From the NCBI GenBank assembly GCA_963831855.1, contig CAWHSA010000004.1:194475-258474 (forward strand): a DNA stretch of 64,000 bases, written 5' to 3'. Below, one piece after another: positions 46,493 to 56,600 of this stretch. The notes under the pieces were generated by a model. It searched no databases. It was given only the letters and a program-made list of their open reading frames with translations, and was not told the origin of the DNA. The stretch is from an uncultured Bacteroidales bacterium (GTDB lineage: Bacteria; Bacteroidota; Bacteroidia; Bacteroidales; VadinHA17). Every line of letters begins with the position of its first letter. The stretch's first letter is position 1. The translations under genes and the position numbers were made by a program.

Positions 46493-47728
46493 TTATTTCA
46501 AATTCTTCCAGAATTTTTCTTCGGAAATATGCAGATCTCTGGTTTTCTTTCTTTCCAGAAGATAGTAATAAATTATGGCCAGTGCGCCTGCGATCAGGAT
46601 TCCCAGGAGTATGTATTTGAAAATTGCAGACATATTCGGATCAGGAATAATAATCCTGACCTGTGAACCAGAATACCCCGGAGCCATTTTATAGCCAACC
46701 TCGATATTGAAAATGTTCTTCATGAAGAAAAGGGAGATGAATGCCAGCAGGCCGGAAATAACCGGTGTTGCAAGCCATCCCAACGCAATTTCCCCGAGAA
46801 CCCTGAAGTTTATATTTCTTACTCCTTTGTATAATCCTATTCCAATAACACATCCCACTATTACCTGAGAACTTGAAATCGGGACCATCGGAACAGGAGG
46901 AAGACCGATACTTATGAATAAGTTTGAAAGGCCCGTGGATGAAAAAATAAAAAGGACCAATGCCTGGGCCAGAACCACAACCATTGCAGCTTCAGAGCTG
47001 AGCTCAACTATATTGCTTCCAATGGTTTCCATAACTTTTTTCGAATATGTAATTATGCCTACAGCAATAGCCAGACCTCCGATTAGAAACAGCTGCTGGC
47101 TTGATGAAAGTGTAAAAAGTCCAAGGTCGAGAACCTGAAGATTGAAAGTCGGGACAAAGACACCCATTACATTGGCAATATTGTTGGCTCCAAGGCTGTA
47201 GGCACCGAAAGCGCCAACTACTATGAGCCCAGTTCTGATAAAGGACTCAAAAGTTATAAGGTGCATTCCTGATGTTTTTTTGATTCTGGTGATCAGGATA
47301 TAAAGCAAAATTGAAAAGAAAGCTCCGAGAACAGGTCCTGATATCCAGGTGATGACAATTTTAGACAGGGTCCCGGAATCAGTTTTATTACCTGTAAAAA
47401 GATTCCATCCAATAATCGCACCAACAATTGCCTGTGTTGTGGAAACCGGAAGAGAGAATTTAGTCATTGCATAAACGGTAATTGCAGCGGCAAGAGCCAG
47501 GGTAAAAGAACCTCCTATTGCATTCACTGCACCAAGCTTACCCAGCGTATCTGCTGCACCTGCTCCCTGAATTACTGCCCCCAGAATAACTGCAACCGAT
47601 GCTATTATCGCAGCTTTTCTGAATGACAGCATCTTTGACCCTACAGCCGAACCGAAAACATTTGACGCATCGTTGGCCCCGAGAGACCAGCCAAGGAATA
47701 AACCGCTTGTCAGGAAGAATAGAATCAT
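46493..47728 (-). CDS. Inorganic phosphate transporter, PiT (PHO4) family
   Basis: 411 aa and polytopic. Has duplicated GANDxxN signature motifs (GANDASNVFG, GANNIANVMG). Confidence 0.85.
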   Translation of the reverse strand: MILFFLTSGLFLGWSLGANDASNVFGSAVGSKMLSFRKAAIIASVAVILGAVIQGAGAADTLGKLGAVNAIGGSFTLALAAAITVYAMTKFSLPVSTTQAIVGAIIGWNLFTGNKTDSGTLSKIVITWISGPVLGAFFSILLYILITRIKKTSGMHLITFESFIRTGLIVVGAFGAYSLGANNIANVMGVFVPTFNLQVLDLGLFTLSSSQQLFLIGGLAIAVGIITYSKKVMETIGSNIVELSSEAAMVVVLAQALVLFIFSSTGLSNLFISIGLPPVPMVPISSSQVIVGCVIGIGLYKGVRNINFRVLGEIALGWLATPVISGLLAFISLFFMKNIFNIEVGYKMAPGYSGSQVRIIIPDPNMSAIFKYILLGILIAGALAIIYYYLLERKKTRDLHISEEKFWKNLK

Positions 47729-47782
47729 ATCGATGATTGCTTTTTGCTTTTTACGGTCCGTTTTAAAATAACCCGCAACTGA

Positions 47783-48433
47783 TTATATCACTATTCTAAT
47801 TGCCATTGCAGAGAGAAGGTCCGCAGCTTTCTGAGCAAGGTCGGATATACCCTCAATATGGTGAATAATATATCTGAGATGCGCCTTATGAGCCAGGTCA
47901 ATTTCTTTCATCTCCTGGAATATGAGTCTTTTGGTGTTCATCGATATTTTGTCGGTTTCACTCTCAAAATAGTATACCTTCAGCAGCTTCTCCCTCACAG
48001 TATAGGGCGCCTTAAAATAAGCCCGGGCAGCAGGTATCAGCTCTTCAGCGGTGTTGGCAGAAGTTTCAGTAAGACTTATCAGATCCTTATTGAGTGAAGG
48101 AGGTATCTCAGGCATTTCAGTCCAGATCTCATTGAGGGAGCTCTTTACAGAATCGATTATTTCATCGAGCTCATCGATAAGCCTGGTGACCTCTTCCCTG
48201 TGCTGAGGCAGGATTGAATGAGTTATCATCTCATTTTCAATTTCCCTCTGAAGCCTGTCTGCATTATTTTCAAGAGTATCCACTTTTTGAAGATGCCTTT
48301 CGAAAGCTTCCATATCCTTATCAAGGTAGTCCTTTATACCCTCTCTGAAAACCAGTAATCCAAGTTCAATATTATCAAAGAACTCGTCGATTTTAAGAAT
48401 GAGGTTTTTTGTTGTTCTGGTAAATAAAGCCAT
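47783..48433 (-). CDS. DUF47-family (PhoU-like) phosphate transport accessory protein
   Basis: 216 aa, a helical-bundle-type sequence located immediately upstream of the PiT gene. This is the usual DUF47-PiT pairing. Confidence 0.75.
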   Translation of the reverse strand: MALFTRTTKNLILKIDEFFDNIELGLLVFREGIKDYLDKDMEAFERHLQKVDTLENNADRLQREIENEMITHSILPQHREEVTRLIDELDEIIDSVKSSLNEIWTEMPEIPPSLNKDLISLTETSANTAEELIPAARAYFKAPYTVREKLLKVYYFESETDKISMNTKRLIFQEMKEIDLAHKAHLRYIIHHIEGISDLAQKAADLLSAMAIRIVI

Positions 48434-48586
48434 TTTTGTTAATGGAAATTAGTTAATAGTTATTTGCCCTGACCACCTTAGCTGAAAGTGATTTTGGCGG
48501 CAAAGGCAGGTGATTATTATCAAATATATAAATTTAATATTTAATGGAAGCAGAAGAAGTCAGTGATTAAATGAGGAAGAGTGTGA

Positions 48587-49957
48587 TCAGAAATCGATTA
48601 TTTTTTCTACTTTGTTGGAACGCAGGTATTGTTTCAGTATAACCTGGATATCACGGTTATCGGGTGATGATTTTATGCACTCATGAACAGAAGCCAGACC
48701 AAATCCCATATCATTGATATTGAAATACCCATAGCCGGTATACTTCCCGTTGATAATCCTTACAGCACTGCGTTCATCATCGTCCCTGCCTTTATCGATA
48801 ATGAAAAAATTCCGGCGGGCAAAAATAAACTCTTCGGCTGCTTTTGCTCCCCGTTCATTATATTGGCCCGGCTTTTCTTTCCCGCAGCAGGCTCCTTTGC
48901 AAATGCCCACATGGTACTGAAAGCAGGGCCCGTCAGTTTCATATAGACCTGTGAGTTTCTGGCAAAGGTTGTAGGCTTCAGTAAGGGATATAAGCCTGGC
49001 TTTCACTTTCTCCTTTGAGGTAAAGACAGAAAGGGGTTCATCATCCTGATCGATAAGCCCGTATTTGAAATTAAAATAACCTTTTTTATCGGTAAAAGTG
49101 TATATTCCCCACTGGAAGCTCGACCGTCTCTGTGCCCTGTTAAAATAAGGCTTGTTATCTTTAATCTCAAAAGATTCCCTGAGAAGCGCAATTAGTTCGC
49201 TGCCAGTCATATCCCAATCTATATCTGCTATAAGATCACGCATTTCCATAGCACGGCTGGTTGAATTATTGGATAGATGAGTGCTGATCCTTTGTTTCAG
49301 GTTGCGGCTTTTTCCGATATAAATTAGATCCCCATTCTCATTAAAAAAATAATATATACCCGGTTCTTCCGGTATATTTTCAATTTTCGAAATATTCAGC
49401 CTGGCGTTAAGCTTTGATAACCTTGTGTTCTTCATCAGGTTTGACCTGACTCCGTTTATTTCCGAATCTTTTCTGAGCAGAAGCTCAAAGAGCCTTACAG
49501 TAGCCAAAGCATCTCCGGCCGCCCTGTGCCGGCCATTAATCTCAATCTTCAGATCACGGCATATATTGCCTAAACTATAAGAGCGGTGCCCAGGGAATAG
49601 TTTTCTGGTAAGAGAAACTGTATCCAGGAGGTTCCTTTTGAAATTGAATCCCAGCGATTTAAACTCCTGCCTTATAAATGAATAATCGAATCGTGCATTA
49701 TGGGCAACAAATGTTCTTCCCTGGGTGAGTTCAACAATTGTCCTGGCAATTTCATAAAAACAGGGTGCATCTTCAACCATTTCGTTTGTAATGCCGGTGA
49801 GATTGGTAATAAAATATGGTATGTTTCTTTCGGGATTTACCAGTGACACAAACTCCCCTGTTATCTTCTCTCCATCGTGCAGGTAAACAGCAATTTCCGT
49901 GATCTTTTCAAGCCTGGCACTTCCCCCTGTTGTTTCAATGTCTATAATAGCATACAT
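48587..49957 (-). CDS. DnaQ-like 3'-5' exonuclease fused to GIY-YIG / UvrC-N-terminal (Cho-like) nuclease domain
   Basis: Exo motifs are IIDIETTGG, HNARFDYSF and HRAAGDA. The GIY-YIG motif is GIYYFFNENGDLIYIGKS..LKQR. A UvrC-type Cys-rich segment CFQYHVGICKGACCG follows. The start is taken at MYAIIDIETTGG (49957). Confidence 0.8.
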   Translation of the reverse strand: MYAIIDIETTGGSARLEKITEIAVYLHDGEKITGEFVSLVNPERNIPYFITNLTGITNEMVEDAPCFYEIARTIVELTQGRTFVAHNARFDYSFIRQEFKSLGFNFKRNLLDTVSLTRKLFPGHRSYSLGNICRDLKIEINGRHRAAGDALATVRLFELLLRKDSEINGVRSNLMKNTRLSKLNARLNISKIENIPEEPGIYYFFNENGDLIYIGKSRNLKQRISTHLSNNSTSRAMEMRDLIADIDWDMTGSELIALLRESFEIKDNKPYFNRAQRRSSFQWGIYTFTDKKGYFNFKYGLIDQDDEPLSVFTSKEKVKARLISLTEAYNLCQKLTGLYETDGPCFQYHVGICKGACCGKEKPGQYNERGAKAAEEFIFARRNFFIIDKGRDDDERSAVRIINGKYTGYGYFNINDMGFGLASVHECIKSSPDNRDIQVILKQYLRSNKVEKIIDF

Positions 49958-50052
49958 CTTAAGTAACTGCCATGTTTCCCGGCTACTAATATACTCAGAA
50001 ATGAAGGGCGATTGGTTAATAGTTTGTATTTTTGTGTTGAAAAGAGACTGCA

Positions 50053-50889
50053 ATGAATGAATGTTACGGCAAACGGTTTATCCTTAACGGAGAACTTCAG
50101 ACGGAGGATGTTTTTGATAATTCGCTGGTTTATGAAGGCGACTCTGTTTATGAGGTTATACGGATGATCAAAAGCAGTCCTGCATTTTTCTATGATCATA
50201 TGGAACGCCTCGCATCAAGCGTTCTCCAGCAGAAGAAAAAAATGCTGGCTGATGTATCCACTCTGAAACGGAATATAATAAGCCTTGCAAAATCAGAAAG
50301 GAAAAAGGAAGTAAATCTGAAGATTGTTTTTAATTACAATAAGGATTCATCAAACTACCTGGTCTATTTTATTGAACCTATTTATCCATCTGAAGAACAG
50401 TACATACATGGTGTAAAAGGTATTCTATTTTATGCTGAAAGAAAAGATCCCGGTTCAAAAATTATAAACCACAAGCTGAGATCGTCAATATTCCATAAGC
50501 TCATTCTTGACGGGGGATATGAGGCATTGCTGGTAAATGAAAAAGGTCAGGTCACAGAAGGAAGCAGATCCAATATCTTCTTCCTTAAAAACAACAAGCT
50601 TGTCACAGCTCCTGATTCAATGATACTCAACGGCATAACCAGAAAGCATGTTCTTGATATCTGTCGGGAAATCAATATTGAGGTCAGGTTTGCCTGCGTT
50701 AAAGCAGAAAATATCTCTGAATATGATGCTGTTTTCATGACAGGTACATCACCCCAGGTGCTGCCTTTCAGTTTTATTGATGACAAAAAATTTAACGTCA
50801 GGGCCTCCTTGATCAGAAACCTGCGTTCTCTTTATCTCATTAAAGCAGAAGAAAGCATCAGGCAGTTCAGGTCGGGATCATCGGGATAA
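50053..50889 (+). CDS. Class IV aminotransferase-fold enzyme (aminodeoxychorismate lyase / branched-chain or D-amino-acid aminotransferase family)
   Basis: 278 aa. The fold-type IV pattern includes a central EGSRSNIFF motif and GITR. Specificity cannot be assigned by eye. Confidence 0.7.
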   Translation: MNECYGKRFILNGELQTEDVFDNSLVYEGDSVYEVIRMIKSSPAFFYDHMERLASSVLQQKKKMLADVSTLKRNIISLAKSERKKEVNLKIVFNYNKDSSNYLVYFIEPIYPSEEQYIHGVKGILFYAERKDPGSKIINHKLRSSIFHKLILDGGYEALLVNEKGQVTEGSRSNIFFLKNNKLVTAPDSMILNGITRKHVLDICREINIEVRFACVKAENISEYDAVFMTGTSPQVLPFSFIDDKKFNVRASLIRNLRSLYLIKAEESIRQFRSGSSG

Positions 50890-50923
50890 TTTTCGGAAAT
50901 AAATCAAAAAAAATAATATTATT

Positions 50924-51220
50924 ATGGGAAGTATCAGGAAGCTTAAAAAAGAGATTGACTCTAAAGTCTATGAAATAGTTTCTGATTGCCTGACCTTTTC
51001 AGAGCTTCACCCCGAAATAAAAGCGGAGGAAGTCTCAGGTATAATCTCCGATACGGTCAATTTCAGGAACGATCTGATACACAGGATGAATAATCCTGAC
51101 AAAGAATTGGATCACAGGGGAATAAAATCACACTATCAGATGATAAACCGCGACCTTGAAGCCGGAAGTGATAAGCTTTTCGAACGGCTCAGTTCTGTAT
51201 CGAAGAAGAAAAAGAAGTAA
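50924..51220 (+). CDS. Small helical protein, unknown function
   Basis: 98-aa ORF with a lysine-rich C-terminus and a plausible ATG start. Its 3' end overlaps the convergent radical SAM gene by 32 nt. Confidence 0.4.
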   Translation: MGSIRKLKKEIDSKVYEIVSDCLTFSELHPEIKAEEVSGIISDTVNFRNDLIHRMNNPDKELDHRGIKSHYQMINRDLEAGSDKLFERLSSVSKKKKK

Positions 51221-52208
51221 AGTGCTTATATATCAAGGTGCCGCAACCTGTACATTTTCCCTTCTGATCAAGGTTAAGCAGCTTTATATTATACCCCGAT
51301 CTGCGTGTAACCAGTTTACCGCATTCCGGACATTTTGTATCCTGACCTTCTTTTGATCCCATATTTCCAATGTATACATAGGTGAGGTGCCTGGAAGCTG
51401 TCTCAAACAGCTTTTTTATAGTTTCAACAGGAGTGGCCGGATCTTCTCTTTTGTACATTGGGAAATATCTGCTCAGATGAAGTGGGACATCCTTCCCAAG
51501 TTCACCGGCGATCCATTCTGCCTCCATTGCCATTTCCTTTTCATCATCATTTTGTCCGGGAATGATCAGAGTGGTTACCTCAAGGTGACGGCCTGAATGT
51601 GCTATTTGTTTAAGGGCCTTCCTGACAGGTTCAGGATCAGAACCTGTAAGCTTCCTGTAAAACTTGTCATTGAATGCTTTAAGGTCAATATTGAAGGCAT
51701 CAGTAAAGGAAATGATCTCTTCGAGCGGCTCCCGGTTCACATATCCGTTGCTTACAAGCACAATGCGCAGACCCTTTCTTTTAGCCTTGTGAGCAACGTC
51801 GCGAATGAATTCAAACCATATTACCGGCTCGTTGTATGTAAATGCAATCCCTATATTATTGAGTGAATCCATGGCATCCTTAATAATCTTGTCGGGACCG
51901 GTCCTTGAAGTAAATCCAGCCAGTATCCGTTGTGAAATATTGTAGTTCTGGCAGAAATCGCATTTCATATTGCATCCATATGATCCCAGGGAAAGAATGT
52001 TGGTGCCTGGAAAGAAATGATATAAAGGCTTCTTTTCGATCGGATCAAGTGCATATCCGGAGATGATGCCATATGTCAGGAGTTCAATCTTTTCACCATC
52101 ACTTTTCCTTGCCCCGCATATGCCTGTCCTACCTTCAGAAAGCTTACAAAAGTGGGGACAGAGCAGACACTCCGTTTTCTCCCCGTTTTTAATGAACAAC
52201 CCCGGCAT
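51189..52208 (-). CDS. amrS: AmmeMemoRadiSam-system radical SAM enzyme (PFL-activase-like)
   Basis: 339 aa. Has an N-terminal Cys cluster CLLCPHFCKL..GICGAR, the radical SAM motif CNMKCDFCQN preceded by DPIEKKPLYHF, and a C-terminal zinc-ribbon CPECG...CTGCG. Confidence 0.8.
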   Translation of the reverse strand: MPGLFIKNGEKTECLLCPHFCKLSEGRTGICGARKSDGEKIELLTYGIISGYALDPIEKKPLYHFFPGTNILSLGSYGCNMKCDFCQNYNISQRILAGFTSRTGPDKIIKDAMDSLNNIGIAFTYNEPVIWFEFIRDVAHKAKRKGLRIVLVSNGYVNREPLEEIISFTDAFNIDLKAFNDKFYRKLTGSDPEPVRKALKQIAHSGRHLEVTTLIIPGQNDDEKEMAMEAEWIAGELGKDVPLHLSRYFPMYKREDPATPVETIKKLFETASRHLTYVYIGNMGSKEGQDTKCPECGKLVTRRSGYNIKLLNLDQKGKCTGCGTLIYKHFTSFSSSIQN

Positions 52209-52296
52209 CCTTAAAACACTTTACGCAAAATTACCCTTTTTGCAGCCCTTTCATAATAAATAAAGAAAAATCATGCCATAACACAAAGACCCTTTC

Positions 52297-52770
52297 TTAT
52301 ATCTCCTGATCCTTTTCTTCGATCAGGATTTTATTAATTTCCCCAAATTCCATCACAGCCTCTTTTACTGGAACAATTATCTCGGGATATGTAATACCAA
52401 ATCTCAGGATTGAATGCTTTTTGTTTTTGAGATGGAAGGCTATGCTGAGGGGATAAATTTCAATCTTATCTATATCACCGGATTTCAGCTTAATTGCAGG
52501 AAGGAATGAATTTTGTTTAAGTACTATCATATCAGGTTCTGTCCCGATATACCTGGTTGTCTTGCCCAAACCAGCCATCACCTGGTAAAAACCGAAACCT
52601 GCCAGGAATATAATAGTGATCCACATTCTGCCCTCAGCCTTTTGGGATCTGAAATAAAAAATTGCCCAGAAGATGCTGATCCCGATGCAGAATATTCCCA
52701 GAACCAGCTGGAATATTTTAATTACGCCGGAATTTTCTTTCGGCTCAAGCAGAAAAGCCTTTTTTCCCAT
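52297..52770 (-). CDS. Two-TM membrane protein with small C-terminal soluble domain
   Basis: 157 aa with two hydrophobic helices followed by a beta-rich ~80-aa domain. I recognised no motif. Confidence 0.45.
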   Translation of the reverse strand: MGKKAFLLEPKENSGVIKIFQLVLGIFCIGISIFWAIFYFRSQKAEGRMWITIIFLAGFGFYQVMAGLGKTTRYIGTEPDMIVLKQNSFLPAIKLKSGDIDKIEIYPLSIAFHLKNKKHSILRFGITYPEIIVPVKEAVMEFGEINKILIEEKDQEI

Positions 52771-52978
52771 TTCTGAATCTCGTTGATTATTATCGATTTT
52801 ATCCGACGTCCAAATTAGGAAATAATATTATTTGTTATGATTTACAATCAATGTTTATGCTGACCCGGCTAATGCAAAGAAATTTGATGCTGAAATGAAA
52901 AGACAGCTACAGGGCACTATGGTCATTACCTGAAATGCCTGCATGATCCAAAATAATTAATTAATTTCTTCAGCAAAT

Positions 52979-53560
52979 TTAAGGGACGATCCCCTTAAGA
53001 CCAATTTTTTCTGCTACCTCACGCATTCCCATTATACAGTCGGTAATGAGGTCATCCAGACTTATACCAATCATTTCAGCACCTTTTTCAATTACCTCAC
53101 GGTTTACACCTGCAGCAAATCTTTTGTCGTTCCACTTCTTCCTTACCGACCTTGCCTCCATATCCAGGACACTTTTTGAAGGCCTCACAAGGGCACTGGT
53201 CGTAACAAGACCAGTAAGCTCATCAATTGCATAAATGGTTTTCTCAAGCCTGCTGACTGGTTCGATATCGGTTACGAGACCCCAGCCATGACTCATCACG
53301 GCCCTTATATACTCTTCAGGCCAGTTATTCTCTTCCAGAATCTTTTTAGTAATTGTGCAATGCTGGTCGGGATACATCTCATAATCAAGATCATGTATCA
53401 ACCCGATGATTCCCCATTTTTCAATATCTTCACCCCATTTCCCGGCCATATATCTCATAACTCCTTCCACGGCCAGAGCATGTCTTATCAGGCTTTCGTT
53501 CTTATTGTATTTTTTCAGCAATTCAAATGCTGCGTCACGGGTCGGAATAACTGATGACAT
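52979..53560 (-). CDS. HD-domain metal-dependent phosphohydrolase
   Basis: 193 aa. Has the H...HD motif (RHALAVEGVM ... GLIHDLDYE) and a downstream histidine (SHGWG). Confidence 0.8.
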   Translation of the reverse strand: MSSVIPTRDAAFELLKKYNKNESLIRHALAVEGVMRYMAGKWGEDIEKWGIIGLIHDLDYEMYPDQHCTITKKILEENNWPEEYIRAVMSHGWGLVTDIEPVSRLEKTIYAIDELTGLVTTSALVRPSKSVLDMEARSVRKKWNDKRFAAGVNREVIEKGAEMIGISLDDLITDCIMGMREVAEKIGLKGIVP

Positions 53561-53623
53561 AAATCATTATTAGTGTTAAATTTTAATCCTGTAAATCATA
53601 CTCTTACGGGATAGGATAGGATA

Positions 53624-56600
53624 CTATTTAATTTTTACCAGGTGCACGGTTTTTGAATGTCCGGGGAATTCAACCTTGAGATAATATACTCCTGGTGCAA
53701 GCCCGGTACCGGATATTTCTGCCGTACTGGTTCCTATAGTTATATCCTTGTCGAAATCAACTAAAACAGTCCCTCCAAAATTTGTCAGAGTAAAATGAGC
53801 TATCCCATTGAACTCCGAGTTCAGAACAATATTGATTTTATCCCTGAATGGATTTGGGGTGACCAGTAAAGGTTTGTTCAGCTCATTGTTCCTGATATTA
53901 ACCCTTACTGTATCATTTAGAAGATAATCATCATTATTATTGTATCCGTAGGCAACTATATTATAGTTTCCATAATATGACAGATTCGCATTGGTATTGA
54001 ATGTAACGGTCACGGAATCCCCGGATGGTATCAGTGTATAATCAAAATGCTGTGTTACAGGAGTCGAGTTATTAATAGAATAAGCCATATTAAATCCGCG
54101 GATAGTGTCTCTTCCGATATTTGCAATCCTCAGAGAAACAGGCTCTTTCCCGAGATTATCTTTATTGACAGGCGTGACAAATCTTGCAGTAATGATATCT
54201 TTCTTTATATATGTAACTGTTGCAGGACCCGTGAAATCAATCATATCTATCAAAGCACAATCCAGGCCGGATGAAACCGACTGGTCCTTTTTGTACAGCC
54301 ATTCCATTTTGTTGTATCCTTTTTTAACAGGTATAGCCTCCTTTTGCCAGGCGATCTCACCCGACTTTTTCATGATCTCAACATCATTGAGCCTGAAGAG
54401 CAGAAAATCGTAACTTGCCTCGGAGGAGACAGAGTAATAAAATTTAAGAGAGTCTGCCTGAGGATACCATGCTTTTATACATAGTGCCGATGTCTCGTTG
54501 TGTGAAATTGCCCCTGACCGTGCTGAAACAATGCCATCCCGGGAATTTAATTGCGTGATGGTCCAGGGGATCGGGCTCACATTAATCCAGGGGAATATAT
54601 TGAAAGTGGCGGATTCAAATGATTCCCTGACACGTCCCACCCGGAAACTAAAGTTTCTGTTGACAAAATGCGGATCACAGTTCAGAAAAGAATTCAGGGA
54701 AATAGTAGTCCCGGAGGATGCTGATGGCAATAATTTAACCATAACAGGTATCTGTGTAATTTTCTCCTCTTCAAGATTCCCGGAACCCTTGCCGGGTTCG
54801 AGGACTGTGAGTTCCGGATCCGGACTTGATACATTAAATATACCTGAAGTATTGCTGCTTCCGCTGTTTCTTACATTAAATAACAGATTAAATGTCTCAC
54901 CCGGGTCAGCGATAAAGTCACCGTTTCCTGTTTGTTTGTCGTCAAATTTGTAATTTAATATATCCAGTTCAGGAGCATGGACATTCATGTCAATCTTATA
55001 ATCTTTTTCACAAGCATCATCTCTTAGGATAAGGTCGAAGGTGACAATGCCTTTATCCGGAACCTCCCTTGATAACCTTACATTGAGTTTGTTGTTCAGG
55101 ATTATCTCAGATCCCGGACCAAGTGTTCCGATATCAGCAGAATCATTCAGAATTGTAACCCATGCAGAAGTTGTTGATATTAATGCACGCAGGTTATTAG
55201 CTCCGGTCAGTCCCAGGTTACTGATTGTCAGCTTAAGGGAAAAAGTCTCACCGAAATCAGCAAGACCATTATTGTTTCCCGACTGATCGTTTATCCCTGA
55301 TTTTGTAAGGTTTATAAATTCACTCTTAACATTGGAAAAATATACTTTTTTTATGACAGGCTTCTTATTCTGGCCTGTTATGACGAAAAGACAGGAATCA
55401 TCCGATAAGCCAGGCATATCCAGAGTTACAGAACCAGATGGGCTTAGGAATGATGCGTCCCAGAGTGTATCGAAATGTGAAACAGCAGCATATGAAAAAG
55501 GATCGCCGTTGAATGAAAATGATTTGATATTGTTTGGCAGTGTATCGGGGAGGGAAGTGCTGAACACACCGGGAGTACCTATAATCGGAATAATGCTTGG
55601 ATCCCCTACAAGGTTATAGTTTTCCCAGTAATATTTCTTTTTTGATGTGGTACTTGCGCTTACTGACAGGTTACCAGCAAAATTGATCTGACCCATGGTT
55701 ATATACCAGTCCGATGGTGATTCGTTATGAGTATGAAACATACGGTCCAGAGCCCCGAGCCCTGTGGTTTCATATTTCGGACTGGAAGAAGGGATTCCGG
55801 TTCCGACTGCCCAGTAAAAATCCTCATCCCAGTATGAGTCATCTGCACACCCTATAAAACCAATAGCGCCCTTATTCCCGGAAACTACCAAGCTGTTTCC
55901 AAGGGATGGCTGGCTGAAGGCAGATGTCGAGCAGGCATTGCTTATTATAAAAGGATACATGTTCTTGTTCCTGAATCGCAGTGAATCGGAGGTGTAAATA
56001 TTTGATGAATCCTTAGAAGTGCTGTGTATGAGCCATCCTGTTGGTTGTCCGTGGCCACTGTAATTCAGGAACGAAATACCTTTATTCACCCGGTCGATAA
56101 TGGACGACTTTGTACTCTTAGTAACATCAGCTGAATAAAAGTGAAATTCAGTTATTTTGTTGGCACTGTTCAGATAATTGTCAAGTGAGTATTTTATCTG
56201 GCCATTCATATAATCTGCATGCGCCGCGTCTATGCCGGCAGTGGCCAGCGCATTTGAATAAAATTTATTAGTATCTGCAAACTCAAATTTCTCATACTGA
56301 ATGATTTTGTCAACCACATATCTCAACTCGGTCGTGTCCTTAACCGGTAATCTTCCAATGAACATTTCAGGGATGTAATCGCCATTTCCGTCAAACTCTC
56401 CATAATACATATCGGTTACACTTCCGGTTCCGTAATATGGTATCCTGCTTACATTCCCAATAATAAGAAGAAATTCCGGTGGAGGATTATCTGTTGTTGA
56501 AGATTTATAAATTCGGTCCAGGGTATCTTTCAGGGCAGTATATGTGTTACCTGCGAGGCCGGCTCCTTTGTACAATACATCAATAAGGAAGCCCTTCTGG

